The notes beneath the pieces are model-generated. The model had not been told where the DNA came from. It ran no database searches and was given only the letters and a program-made list of their open reading frames with translations. From a virus, in IMG/VR virus record IMGVR_UViG_3300027833_000017: a stretch of DNA of 64,000 bases; one strand, written 5' to 3'. Both the position numbers and the translations under genes were made by a program. This document shows positions 38,647 to 48,718 of the stretch, piece after piece; position 1 is the stretch's first letter, and each line of letters opens with the position of its first letter.

Positions 38647-41370
38647 ATGTCTCAATTGAAACTAAAACAAATACTTGACTTTTTATCTTCTTCACCAGCA
38701 ACAGGTGAAGTATTGTCATATAATGCAAGTACCGGAAAGTATGAAAACCAACAATTACCAAATACGTTTGGACTTCCTTATGTTTATAATAACGCAACAA
38801 ATCCCACGACAGTTTCTTCTGGTGATTTAGCGTTTGATAACCCTAGTAATCCTAGTAAAATAATTGTAAGTGAAACTAATGCTAGAGGTGGTTCAGCAAC
38901 CGTAACATTAAATGCTGCAGTCGCTTCATCTAATAATTATAAATCTATTATTGTATTAGCAAAATCAACTGATGGTAATGCAAATAAATCATTCTATGTA
39001 ACAGGAAACACAACTGCTTCTGGACAAAGAACATTTAACTTACAACCTATTTCAAGTTCTAATTGGAATAATGTTAGTGATAATGATTCTTTATTTATGT
39101 TTATTCAACCTATTGGTGATGTTGGAACATCAGGAACTTCGGGATCAAATGGATCAAGTGGAAGTTCAGGAACTGATGGAACGAGTGGTGTAAGTGGGAC
39201 TTCAGGTTCTTCGGGAACAAACGGTTCAAGTGGAAGTTCAGGAACTAACGGAACTTCAGGAACCGATGGAACTTCAGGATCAAGTGGATCAAGTGGAAGT
39301 TCAGGAACTGATGGTACTAGTGGAACTAACGGAACTTCAGGAACGGATGGTTCTAGTGGATCTTCAGGAACGGATGGAACAAGTGGAGTTGATGGTGTTA
39401 AAGGTGACAATTATAGTGGAGCAACTTTATCTGGAAATAATTTAATATTAACTCATTCTCAAAATGGCAATGAAATTGTAGGTAGAGTAGTATATGTTGG
39501 AACATCAGGAACTGATGGATCAAGCGGAAGTTCAGGTTCAAGCGGATCTTCAGGAATTACAGGTACAATTGCAGTAGGAACAGTATCTACTGGATTAGAA
39601 AATACACCGGTAAGTGTTACTAATACTGGAACCTCAACTGCAGCTGAATTTGATTTTACTATTCCTGTTGGTGCAACTGGAGCAAAAGGTAATCCTGGAA
39701 CTCCAGCAATTAATGGAACTAACGGATCTTCTGGATCGAGCGGTGTTAAAGGACAAAAAGGAGCTCCAGGTACAAGCGGTACTGATGGAACTTCAGGAAC
39801 GAATGGAACTTCAGGAACGAATGGAACAAATGGAAGTTCGGGTTCAAGCGGTTCTTCAGGAACTGATGGAACTTCAGGAACGAATGGAACTTCAGGAACG
39901 AATGGAACTTCAGGAACTGACGGATCAAGTGGAACTTCAGGAACTGATGGAAGTTCAGGAACTGATGGAACTTCAGGAACGAATGGAACATCAGGGACTA
40001 ACGGATCAAGTGGATCTTCAGGTTCAAGTGGAAGTTCAGGAACTGATGGAACTTCAGGAACTGATGGAACTTCAGGAACGAATGGAACTTCAGGAACGAA
40101 TGGAAGTTCAGGTTCTTCAGGAACTGACGGTACAAGTGGAACAAACGGAAGTTCAGGAACTGATGGAACTAGCGGTATCAATGGTACAAGTGGAACGAAT
40201 GGAACAAACGGAAGTTCGGGTTCTTCAGGAACGAATGGAACAAACGGATCTTCTGGATCAAGTGGATCTTCAGGTGCACAAGGTAATCCAGGTTGGGGTG
40301 TTTCAATGCAAGGACAAGTAGCTACATCATCAAATTTACCAACAAGTGGTAATTCTGACGGTGATGCATATATAGTACAGTCAGACGATTCTCTTTGGGT
40401 ATTTACACAAGCAGATGGTTGGATTGGAGGTGGTTCTATTCAAGGACCAGCTGGTTCTTCAGGGACTAATGGAACAAATGGAAGTTCAGGTTCTTCAGGA
40501 ACTGATGGAAGTTCAGGTTCAAGTGGAAGTTCAGGAACTGATGGAACTTCAGGAACTAACGGAACTTCAGGAACCGATGGAACTTCAGGATCAAGTGGAT
40601 CAAGTGGAAGTTCAGGAACTGATGGAACGTCTGGTACAAATGGTACAAGTGGAACGAATGGTACAAGCGGATCTTCAGGTTCAAGCGGAAGTTCAGGAAC
40701 TGACGGTACTAGTGGAACTAACGGAACTTCAGGTTCTTCAGGAACTGATGGAACTAGTGGAACAAACGGAACTTCAGGTTCAAGTGGATCTAGCGGTTCT
40801 TCAGGAACGAATGGAACTTCAGGAACGAATGGAACTTCAGGAACGAATGGAACTTCAGGAACAAACGGAAGTTCGGGTTCTTCAGGAACGAATGGAACTA
40901 ACGGATCTTCTGGATCAAGTGGTTCTTCAGGTTCTTCAGGTTTAAAAGGTAATACTGGTACTTCTAATACCTATGCAACTGCAATGAATCAACATACAAA
41001 AACTGATTCAAATGTTGAGCATCATGATTTATATTTAACAGGTGCTTTAAAAAGAAATATTATATCGGTTAACGGCGTTGGAGGTGTTTATGACATTAAG
41101 CCTAAACTAGGTGACGCATTTGCATTTACAGCAACGGGATTAATTGATATTACAATGTCTAACATAGGTAACGACAACATAGGTCAATCTGGAACTATAG
41201 TAATTCATAACGGTGCAGGTGCAGGATACAATCCATTACCATCTTATATGAAAACACCCTCAGGTGCTGACATTCAATGGGTAACTACTCCTGGTGCAGT
41301 ATCTATTATATCATATATTATAATAGATGTTGACGCAGTATTAGTTAACTACATTGGAAATTTTGCGTAA
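38647..41370 (+). CDS. Collagen-like (GTS/GSS/GTN) fibre protein
   Basis: Long G-X-Y tracts; FDFTIPVG hinge; GDAYIVQSDDSLW insert shared with the 3..4175 protein. Confidence 0.85.
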   Translation: MSQLKLKQILDFLSSSPATGEVLSYNASTGKYENQQLPNTFGLPYVYNNATNPTTVSSGDLAFDNPSNPSKIIVSETNARGGSATVTLNAAVASSNNYKSIIVLAKSTDGNANKSFYVTGNTTASGQRTFNLQPISSSNWNNVSDNDSLFMFIQPIGDVGTSGTSGSNGSSGSSGTDGTSGVSGTSGSSGTNGSSGSSGTNGTSGTDGTSGSSGSSGSSGTDGTSGTNGTSGTDGSSGSSGTDGTSGVDGVKGDNYSGATLSGNNLILTHSQNGNEIVGRVVYVGTSGTDGSSGSSGSSGSSGITGTIAVGTVSTGLENTPVSVTNTGTSTAAEFDFTIPVGATGAKGNPGTPAINGTNGSSGSSGVKGQKGAPGTSGTDGTSGTNGTSGTNGTNGSSGSSGSSGTDGTSGTNGTSGTNGTSGTDGSSGTSGTDGSSGTDGTSGTNGTSGTNGSSGSSGSSGSSGTDGTSGTDGTSGTNGTSGTNGSSGSSGTDGTSGTNGSSGTDGTSGINGTSGTNGTNGSSGSSGTNGTNGSSGSSGSSGAQGNPGWGVSMQGQVATSSNLPTSGNSDGDAYIVQSDDSLWVFTQADGWIGGGSIQGPAGSSGTNGTNGSSGSSGTDGSSGSSGSSGTDGTSGTNGTSGTDGTSGSSGSSGSSGTDGTSGTNGTSGTNGTSGSSGSSGSSGTDGTSGTNGTSGSSGTDGTSGTNGTSGSSGSSGSSGTNGTSGTNGTSGTNGTSGTNGSSGSSGTNGTNGSSGSSGSSGSSGLKGNTGTSNTYATAMNQHTKTDSNVEHHDLYLTGALKRNIISVNGVGGVYDIKPKLGDAFAFTATGLIDITMSNIGNDNIGQSGTIVIHNGAGAGYNPLPSYMKTPSGADIQWVTTPGAVSIISYIIIDVDAVLVNYIGNFA

Positions 41371-41395
41371 TAATAGAATAAATTAGAGGAACAAT

Positions 41396-44300
41396 ATGAA
41401 GAATATAGGATTTTCAAGAATCGACTTTTGGAGTACCGGAAGTGCACAGAATACATCTAAGGGTACACTCGTAGCTAAGAATACTACTTGGGCTACTTCC
41501 AAAACTACATCTGAAAATAGAAATACTTCGAGAACTACTAACAAAGTACGAAATACTAGTCAATCCACGGTGACAACATGGATAACTACATGGGCAACTA
41601 GTAAATCGACAACAACAACTTTCAATACATCTCGTAGTACTAATACTGTATATGCAACTTCTAGATCAACGACAACATCGTGGACTACATCATGGAGCAC
41701 TTCTAGAGAAACATCTTTAGAAACTGATAGAACTACTACAACAACATGGTCGACTTCTAAAAACACGTCACAATCAACTGAGAGGGCTACAACTACTACA
41801 TGGACAACTAGTTGGACAACTAGTCAATCCACATTGTATCCTGTTGAAACAACCTGGAACACAAGTCAATCCACGTCTAGAAGTACAACTACATCATACA
41901 TTACATATTGGACAACTTCTTGGAATACAAGTAAATCAACGACAACTTCTTATATTACGACATATACAACGTCATGGTCAACTAATAGATCTACAACAAC
42001 AGTGTATAATACAACGTGGATCACTAGTCAAACGACAACAAGATCTACTAATCGCAGTACTACAACAACATTTAACACAAATCAGTCGACATCTAGATCA
42101 ACAACGACTACATATAATACAACTTGGATTACATCTCAGACAACTTCTAGAACCACTGAACATTCAACAACGACCACGTTTAGTACTAGTCAATCAACAT
42201 CTCGTTCGACAACAACGACATATAATACAACGTGGCTCACTAGTCAAACAACAAGTAAAGTAACTAGTAAATCGACAACTACAACTTTTAATACAAGTCA
42301 GTCAACAAGTAAATCTACAGTAACTACATGGACAACAACTTGGTCTACTAGTAAATCAACTTCTACGACAACGACTAAATCTACGACAACGACTTTTAAT
42401 ACAAGTCAGTCAACAAGTAAATCTACAGTAACTACATGGACAACAACTTGGTCTACTAGTAAATCAACGTCTAAGGCGACTAGTAAAAATACCACAACAA
42501 CATGGGTAACAAGTAGAGGAACAGAACATTCAACAACGACTACGTTTACAACAACATGGTCAACAAGTAAATCTACAACTACTACTTTTGACACAGCTTG
42601 GACTACTTCATGGAATACAACTAGATCAACGAATCGTTCTACAACAACTACGTTTAATACTAGTCAATCAACTTCGCACACCACAACAACTGCATGGACA
42701 ACTACTTGGGTAACAAGTCGAGGAACTAATAGAGGAACTAGTAGAAATACAACAACAACATTTGCAACTAGTAGAAGCACAGAGCATACGACAACAACTA
42801 CGTTTAATACAACATGGTCAACTAGTAAATCGACGACAACTACATGGACAACCACATTTGGTACAACCTTTAATACAAGTCAGTCAACGACTAAATCTAC
42901 AACAACTACATTTAATACAACGTGGTCAACTAGTAAATCTACTACAACTTCATGGACAACTTCATGGAACACAACTGTGTTGACTTCCAAATCAACGTCC
43001 AAAAACACAACGACTACGTTTAATACAACATGGTCAACTAGTAAATCTACCACAACAACATTTGCTACTAGTAAATCGACGACGACAACATTTAACACAA
43101 CTCAGTCTACTAGTAAGTCAACAACAACACAGTGGAACACAACTAAAGCAACAACGACGACGTGGAACACAACTAAAGAAACAACGACTGTATACAATAC
43201 ATCTTGGAATACAACTAAATCAACAACAACGACGTGGAACACGACTAAATCAACAACGACTACATGGAATACAAGTCAGTCTACAACGACTACATTTAAA
43301 ACAACATGGAATACAACTAAATCAACAACGACCGTATACAACACGACTAAATCAACAACGACTACATGGAATACAAGTCAGTCTACAACTACAGTGTTCA
43401 ATACATCTTGGAATACAACTAGATCAACGACGACGTCGTTCAACACGACTAAATCAACAACGACTACATGGAGTACAAGCCAGTCAACGGAGCATTCTAC
43501 CACAACAACATTTGCTACTAGTAAATCTACTACAACGACGTGGAACACAACTAAAGCAACAACGACTGTATACAATACATCTTGGAATACAACTAAATCA
43601 ACAACAACGACGTTCAACACGACTAAATCAACAACGACTACGTTTGGTACGTCTCAAGGAACTACTAGAAATACAACAACAACATTTGCAACTAGTAAAT
43701 CTACAACGACTACATGGAGTACTAGTAGAAGCACAGAGCATTCTACAACAACAACATTTGCTACTAGTAAATCGACAACAACAACATGGTCAACTAGTAA
43801 ATCGACGACAACTGCATGGACAACTTACTGGATCACTAGTAGAAATACAACAACAACATTTGCAACTAGTAGATCGACGACAACAACATTTGCAACTAGT
43901 AGATCTACTACAACGACGTACACGACCACTTTTTCAACTAGTAAATCTACTAATACTAGGTTTAATACGTCTAGGGTAACTGACAGAAATACAAGTCAGT
44001 CAACTATTACAAAGGTTTCTACAGGATATTCTAGATCAACAACTAAAGCAACATCATGGATTACTTTAGTTCCTGCAGATAATAGTTCAGGTGGTGGTGC
44101 AGGGCTTTTAACTTCCTGGAATACATCAGTTTCATATATCACAAGCTACAATACAGCAGTGTATGTCAACACATCTCGTGGAACATATAGAAACACACTA
44201 GCGGAATGTATAGTTGAAGGAACACTAGTACATATTGCTGAAGGAATACAAAGACCGGTTGAAGCGTTAGTATATGGTCAAAGTATTTTAACTATGGATG

Positions 44301-44758
44301 GAGCATTTAATACAGATGACATGACTGTATTACCAACAATTAGGGAAGAAGAAGTATACACAAATACATTATCTAATGAACATAGTATTGCCGGTATTTG
44401 GAGAGCAGACGTTATAGGAACAGTTAGTATAAATAATGACCAATTAAGAACTACCATGGCACATATACATATTATAAAAAGAGATGGTATGTGGCAAGCA
44501 AAACTAGCGGAGCACCTAGAGATTGGTGATGTTATGTTTAAAATGAATTATGGAGAATTTTTGATAGAATCTTTAGAAATAGATGAAGTTAATCAATATA
44601 CTGTTTATAAATTAGATGTAGAAGCTAATGATACATTCTTTGCAAATGGAATTTTAACACATAATAACAAAGAAGAACCGTGTGAGCCAGGTGATGCTTG
44701 TGATCCGCGTTCTATATGTTATTCTGAGCGTGACTGTGAGATGGAAGGTATAAAATAA
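41396..44758 (+). CDS. Giant Thr-rich repeat protein A with C-terminal Hint domain
   Basis: Aromatic/basic tetrad repeats aa 62-873; Hint CIVEGT (44207) to FFANGILTHN (44665); Cys-rich tail. Confidence 0.85.
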   Translation: MKNIGFSRIDFWSTGSAQNTSKGTLVAKNTTWATSKTTSENRNTSRTTNKVRNTSQSTVTTWITTWATSKSTTTTFNTSRSTNTVYATSRSTTTSWTTSWSTSRETSLETDRTTTTTWSTSKNTSQSTERATTTTWTTSWTTSQSTLYPVETTWNTSQSTSRSTTTSYITYWTTSWNTSKSTTTSYITTYTTSWSTNRSTTTVYNTTWITSQTTTRSTNRSTTTTFNTNQSTSRSTTTTYNTTWITSQTTSRTTEHSTTTTFSTSQSTSRSTTTTYNTTWLTSQTTSKVTSKSTTTTFNTSQSTSKSTVTTWTTTWSTSKSTSTTTTKSTTTTFNTSQSTSKSTVTTWTTTWSTSKSTSKATSKNTTTTWVTSRGTEHSTTTTFTTTWSTSKSTTTTFDTAWTTSWNTTRSTNRSTTTTFNTSQSTSHTTTTAWTTTWVTSRGTNRGTSRNTTTTFATSRSTEHTTTTTFNTTWSTSKSTTTTWTTTFGTTFNTSQSTTKSTTTTFNTTWSTSKSTTTSWTTSWNTTVLTSKSTSKNTTTTFNTTWSTSKSTTTTFATSKSTTTTFNTTQSTSKSTTTQWNTTKATTTTWNTTKETTTVYNTSWNTTKSTTTTWNTTKSTTTTWNTSQSTTTTFKTTWNTTKSTTTVYNTTKSTTTTWNTSQSTTTVFNTSWNTTRSTTTSFNTTKSTTTTWSTSQSTEHSTTTTFATSKSTTTTWNTTKATTTVYNTSWNTTKSTTTTFNTTKSTTTTFGTSQGTTRNTTTTFATSKSTTTTWSTSRSTEHSTTTTFATSKSTTTTWSTSKSTTTAWTTYWITSRNTTTTFATSRSTTTTFATSRSTTTTYTTTFSTSKSTNTRFNTSRVTDRNTSQSTITKVSTGYSRSTTKATSWITLVPADNSSGGGAGLLTSWNTSVSYITSYNTAVYVNTSRGTYRNTLAECIVEGTLVHIAEGIQRPVEALVYGQSILTMDGAFNTDDMTVLPTIREEEVYTNTLSNEHSIAGIWRADVIGTVSINNDQLRTTMAHIHIIKRDGMWQAKLAEHLEIGDVMFKMNYGEFLIESLEIDEVNQYTVYKLDVEANDTFFANGILTHNNKEEPCEPGDACDPRSICYSERDCEMEGIK

Positions 44759-44812
44759 GGTATAAAATGATTAAAGAATTTAAATATATAAAAAAACAAC
44801 AGAGATAGAGCT

Positions 44813-47635
44813 ATGCCTACTACTTTTTTTAATACTACTTGGTTAACCGCTGGATCTAGGAGCACGTTGAAGACGACTAGCTTTTCTCGAACAACTTCAT
44901 TATACACGTCATATAATAGGGCAACTTCTAGGAATACGGCAAAAACTACCTATTGGAATGTACTTACAGATAAATCTACTTCAACGGGGTGGACAACTAA
45001 AGTTACTACGACATGGTTCACAGATAAAAATACGACGACGACATATAATACAAGTAAGAGTACATCTAAGGCGACTACGACGACGTGGAATACATCTAAG
45101 GCGACTACGACGACGTGGAATACATCTAGAACAACCGAAACAAAGTGGAACACAAGTCAAGCTACATCTAGGGCGACAACAACAACATTTAATACAACAC
45201 GTGCAACCACGACTACATATAACACAACACGTGCAACCACGACTACATATAACACATCTTGGAATACATCACGCGCAACTACAACGACGTGGAACACAAC
45301 TAAAACAACGTTAACTTCGTGGACTACTTCGTGGAATACAACACGTGCAACCACAACAACATTTTCAACTAGTAGATCAACAACGACTACATTTAGTACA
45401 AGTCAGTCAACGGAGCATTCTACCACGACTACGTGGGCAACTAGTAAAGCAACAACGACGACGTGGAACACAACTAAAACAACAACGACTGTATACAATA
45501 CATCTTGGAATACAACTAAATCGACAACAACAACATGGTTAACTAGTAAAGCAACAACGACTACGTTTAGTACAAGTCAGTCAACGGAGCGTACAACCAC
45601 GACTACGTGGGCAACTAGTAAATCGACAACGACTACGTATAATACGTCTAAATCTACTACAACTACATTTGCAACTAGTAAGAATACAACGCGTACAACC
45701 ACGACTACGTGGGCAACTAGTAAATCGACAACGACTACGTTTAATACGTCTAAATCTACTACAACAACATTTATAACTAGTCAAAGCACAGAGCATACGA
45801 CAACAACTACGTTTAATACTAGTAAATCTACTACAACGACGTTTATAACTAGTAAATCTACTACAACTAATTGGACTACAAAATGGTCAACTAGTAAATC
45901 TACTACAACGACATGGAACACAACTAAAGCAACAACGACTACATGGAATACAAGTCAGTCAACTAGCAAATCCACTGTAACTACATGGACAACTTACTGG
46001 AACACCGTAAGAGGAACTAGTAGAGGAACTAATAAATCTACAACGACAACTTTTAATACAAGCCAGTCAACGAGTAAATCGACTACGACAACATTTACGA
46101 CAACCTGGTCAACATCAAGAAATACAACTAGATCAACTAGTAAATCGACTACGACAACATTTAATACAAGTCAGTCAACTTCTAGGTCAACTACTACGGT
46201 TTATAACACATCATGGAACACAACTAAAACAACGTTAACTTCGTGGACTACTTCATGGACTACCTCTTGGAACACAACCAGAGGCACGAATAAAACCACA
46301 ACAACAGTTTACAATACAACGTGGTCAACTAGCAAATCCACTGTAACTACATTTAATACTACTTGGATAACATCGCAAAATACAAAGAGATCTACTTCTA
46401 GAACAACGACTACTACTTTTAATACAAGTCAGTCAACTTCTAGGTCAACGACTACGTCCTATAACACATCTTGGAATACTACATTAATAACTGGAACTGT
46501 ATGGATTACATCGTGGGTGACAACGTTTAATACTAATCAGTCAACGACTAAATCTACAACAACTACATTTAATACAACGTGGTCAACTAGTAGAGCTACG
46601 ACGACGAGTTATACTACCTCATGGACAACGACGTTTAATACTAATCAGTCAACGACTAAATCTACAACAACTACATTTAATACAACGTGGTCAACTAGTA
46701 GAGCTACGACGACGAGTTATACTACCTCATGGACAACTTCATGGAACACGACTAGAGGAACAGAGCATGTGACTACTACAGTTTTTAACACATCATGGAA
46801 TACGACTAGAGCAACGACTACAGTTTACAATACATCATGGACAACTTCATGGAACACGACTAGAGGAACAGAACATTCAACAACGACTACGTTTACAACA
46901 ACATGGTCAACAAGTAAATCTACAGTAACTACGTTCAATACTTCATGGACTACTTCATGGAATACAACTAGGTCAACAGAGCATTCAACTACGACTACGT
47001 TTAATACGTCCCAGTCTACGAATCATGGAACGTCTCATTCGACAGTAACTATATGGAGTACATCCAGGGGAACTAATAGGGGAACAGAACATGCAACGAC
47101 AACTACATGGACAACAACTTGGGAAACTAGTAGAATTACAAACTATACGCGTACAACATCGTGGACTACACAATATCAAACTAGTAAGTCAACTATAACT
47201 ACATTTAATACAACTTGGTTGACAACGTTTAATACTAATCAGTCAACGACAACTTCATGGACTACATCATGGGTGACAACATTTAATACGTCTCAAACAA
47301 CGTCTAAAACGACTACGACTACATTTAATACAAGTCACTCGACTACGACCACATTTAATACGACTAGATCAACTACGACTACATTTAATACAAATGCAGC
47401 GACATCTAAATCGACAACGACTATATGGTCAACTATCTATAGTGTTACTACTTCGTGGAATACCGCATGGAACACAACAACAACGTGGAACACAACGAGA
47501 TCTACAACAAGTGCTATTACTACAACGTGGAGTACAGATTACGAAGTACAAGAAACTTGGTATTCAACTAACGAACCACTAAATGTTTATAATACAAATA
47601 GACAATGGAGAGTAAACAGTTATAATGGTAACTAG
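44813..47635 (+). CDS. Giant Thr-rich repeat protein B (mirror partner of A)
   Basis: Same tetrad grammar aa 60-871, in reversed and complemented order relative to A. Confidence 0.85.
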   Translation: MPTTFFNTTWLTAGSRSTLKTTSFSRTTSLYTSYNRATSRNTAKTTYWNVLTDKSTSTGWTTKVTTTWFTDKNTTTTYNTSKSTSKATTTTWNTSKATTTTWNTSRTTETKWNTSQATSRATTTTFNTTRATTTTYNTTRATTTTYNTSWNTSRATTTTWNTTKTTLTSWTTSWNTTRATTTTFSTSRSTTTTFSTSQSTEHSTTTTWATSKATTTTWNTTKTTTTVYNTSWNTTKSTTTTWLTSKATTTTFSTSQSTERTTTTTWATSKSTTTTYNTSKSTTTTFATSKNTTRTTTTTWATSKSTTTTFNTSKSTTTTFITSQSTEHTTTTTFNTSKSTTTTFITSKSTTTNWTTKWSTSKSTTTTWNTTKATTTTWNTSQSTSKSTVTTWTTYWNTVRGTSRGTNKSTTTTFNTSQSTSKSTTTTFTTTWSTSRNTTRSTSKSTTTTFNTSQSTSRSTTTVYNTSWNTTKTTLTSWTTSWTTSWNTTRGTNKTTTTVYNTTWSTSKSTVTTFNTTWITSQNTKRSTSRTTTTTFNTSQSTSRSTTTSYNTSWNTTLITGTVWITSWVTTFNTNQSTTKSTTTTFNTTWSTSRATTTSYTTSWTTTFNTNQSTTKSTTTTFNTTWSTSRATTTSYTTSWTTSWNTTRGTEHVTTTVFNTSWNTTRATTTVYNTSWTTSWNTTRGTEHSTTTTFTTTWSTSKSTVTTFNTSWTTSWNTTRSTEHSTTTTFNTSQSTNHGTSHSTVTIWSTSRGTNRGTEHATTTTWTTTWETSRITNYTRTTSWTTQYQTSKSTITTFNTTWLTTFNTNQSTTTSWTTSWVTTFNTSQTTSKTTTTTFNTSHSTTTTFNTTRSTTTTFNTNAATSKSTTTIWSTIYSVTTSWNTAWNTTTTWNTTRSTTSAITTTWSTDYEVQETWYSTNEPLNVYNTNRQWRVNSYNGN

Positions 47636-47652
47636 AAATAACTCAATTAATT

Positions 47653-47683
47653 TAAAAAGCATACTTAGGTATGCTTTTTTTTT
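47653..47683 (+). terminator. Intrinsic terminator
   Basis: aaaaagcatac-ttag-gtatgctttttttt. Confidence 0.75.
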
Positions 47684-47758
47684 GCTCTAAAAATAAATGA
47701 GATAAATAATTAAACAAACACAGGTTATTGTGTATAACTATTAAATTACTTTTTATAT

Positions 47759-48670
47759 ATGGAAATGTTTAACAAAAAGGTGCTAAATGAAAGAATTGGG
47801 CCGCTAAAGAAAAATACAAAACTAGAACCACTCGAACAAGTGGAACGATATGTTTTAAGAAAATGTAGAGAACTAGGATTAGAACACAGTTATGATGTTA
47901 TAGCAGAAGAAATGCCGTACTTTAAAACAATGGGATATACAGAATATGCTACTTGTTTTTTAATGCAACCACTAAATCTCAAAATGAGAAGAGAACAAAT
48001 TGCTGATGCTTTAGTACATGATGTCGAACACGTCTATGATTGGGTATCTTACTTTAAAGAAAATATCGAAAAAGATCAAGCTAATAAATATCAAAATCGC
48101 AAGAAAGATTTCGACAGATATGAAGATAAAAGCACTTTGGTTATTTTACCAGGTTCAAATAAGCTTAAAGAAAATTGTTGTTTAAATAAATTAATTGAAG
48201 TTGCTGAGAAACATAAAGGTGATGTTTATTTTAAACCACATCCTATTACTACACATGCAGTTATAGGTGAAATTAAAGATTTATTTGGTGAAGAATCTAT
48301 TTTACCAAGAGACATAGATCTTTATTACTTTTTACAAAAAGCTAAAACAGTATATAGTACACACATTAGTGAAAGCGCATTATATTCTGTTGTTCTTGAA
48401 AAAGAAGTTTATCCAATGGATGTGTGGAATAATATAAGCAGAGGATCTTTTTATACTATAAACTCTAGTCTTTATGATAATAAAGAAAGCGGTGCAGAAT
48501 GGATTAATCAAGTTTTTTCTAGTTACAAATCTGGAATTATAAATCCAGCAATTGATGAAGATTGGAAGGGCAAAGTGGATGATTACATGAATTATATCTA
48601 TGAAAAAAGAGAATATTATAAGGGTTGGTTTATAGACGCTCCACCTAAAGTTAAAAGAAATAAGAACTAA
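47759..48670 (+). CDS. Putative GT-B glycosyltransferase with HP motif (KpsS/KpsC-like)
   Basis: YFKPHP ... LQKAKTVYSTHISESALYSVVLEKEV resembles the capsule-synthesis C-terminal motif. Confidence 0.45.
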   Translation: MEMFNKKVLNERIGPLKKNTKLEPLEQVERYVLRKCRELGLEHSYDVIAEEMPYFKTMGYTEYATCFLMQPLNLKMRREQIADALVHDVEHVYDWVSYFKENIEKDQANKYQNRKKDFDRYEDKSTLVILPGSNKLKENCCLNKLIEVAEKHKGDVYFKPHPITTHAVIGEIKDLFGEESILPRDIDLYYFLQKAKTVYSTHISESALYSVVLEKEVYPMDVWNNISRGSFYTINSSLYDNKESGAEWINQVFSSYKSGIINPAIDEDWKGKVDDYMNYIYEKREYYKGWFIDAPPKVKRNKN

Positions 48671-48718
48671 ATTATAAATTAAACCTACATTCGTGTGGGT
48701 TTTTTTTGCTAGATTATA

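Noticed and set aside
41560-47582. Val-rich minus-strand and Gln/Leu-rich plus-strand ORFs over the Thr-rich genes
   Set aside because: Consequences of ACN codon runs; no independent start or context.
41396-47635. A/B mirror symmetry as a DNA inverted duplication or assembly artefact
   Set aside because: Both genes are on the same strand. A reverse-complement copy would encode Val/Cys-rich sequence, and simple duplication would keep segment order rather than reverse it and swap residue classes.
41396-47635. Ice-binding (TxT) function or deliberate N-x-S/T sequon enrichment
   Set aside because: Both patterns are expected by chance at this Thr/Ser content; no supporting evidence in the window.
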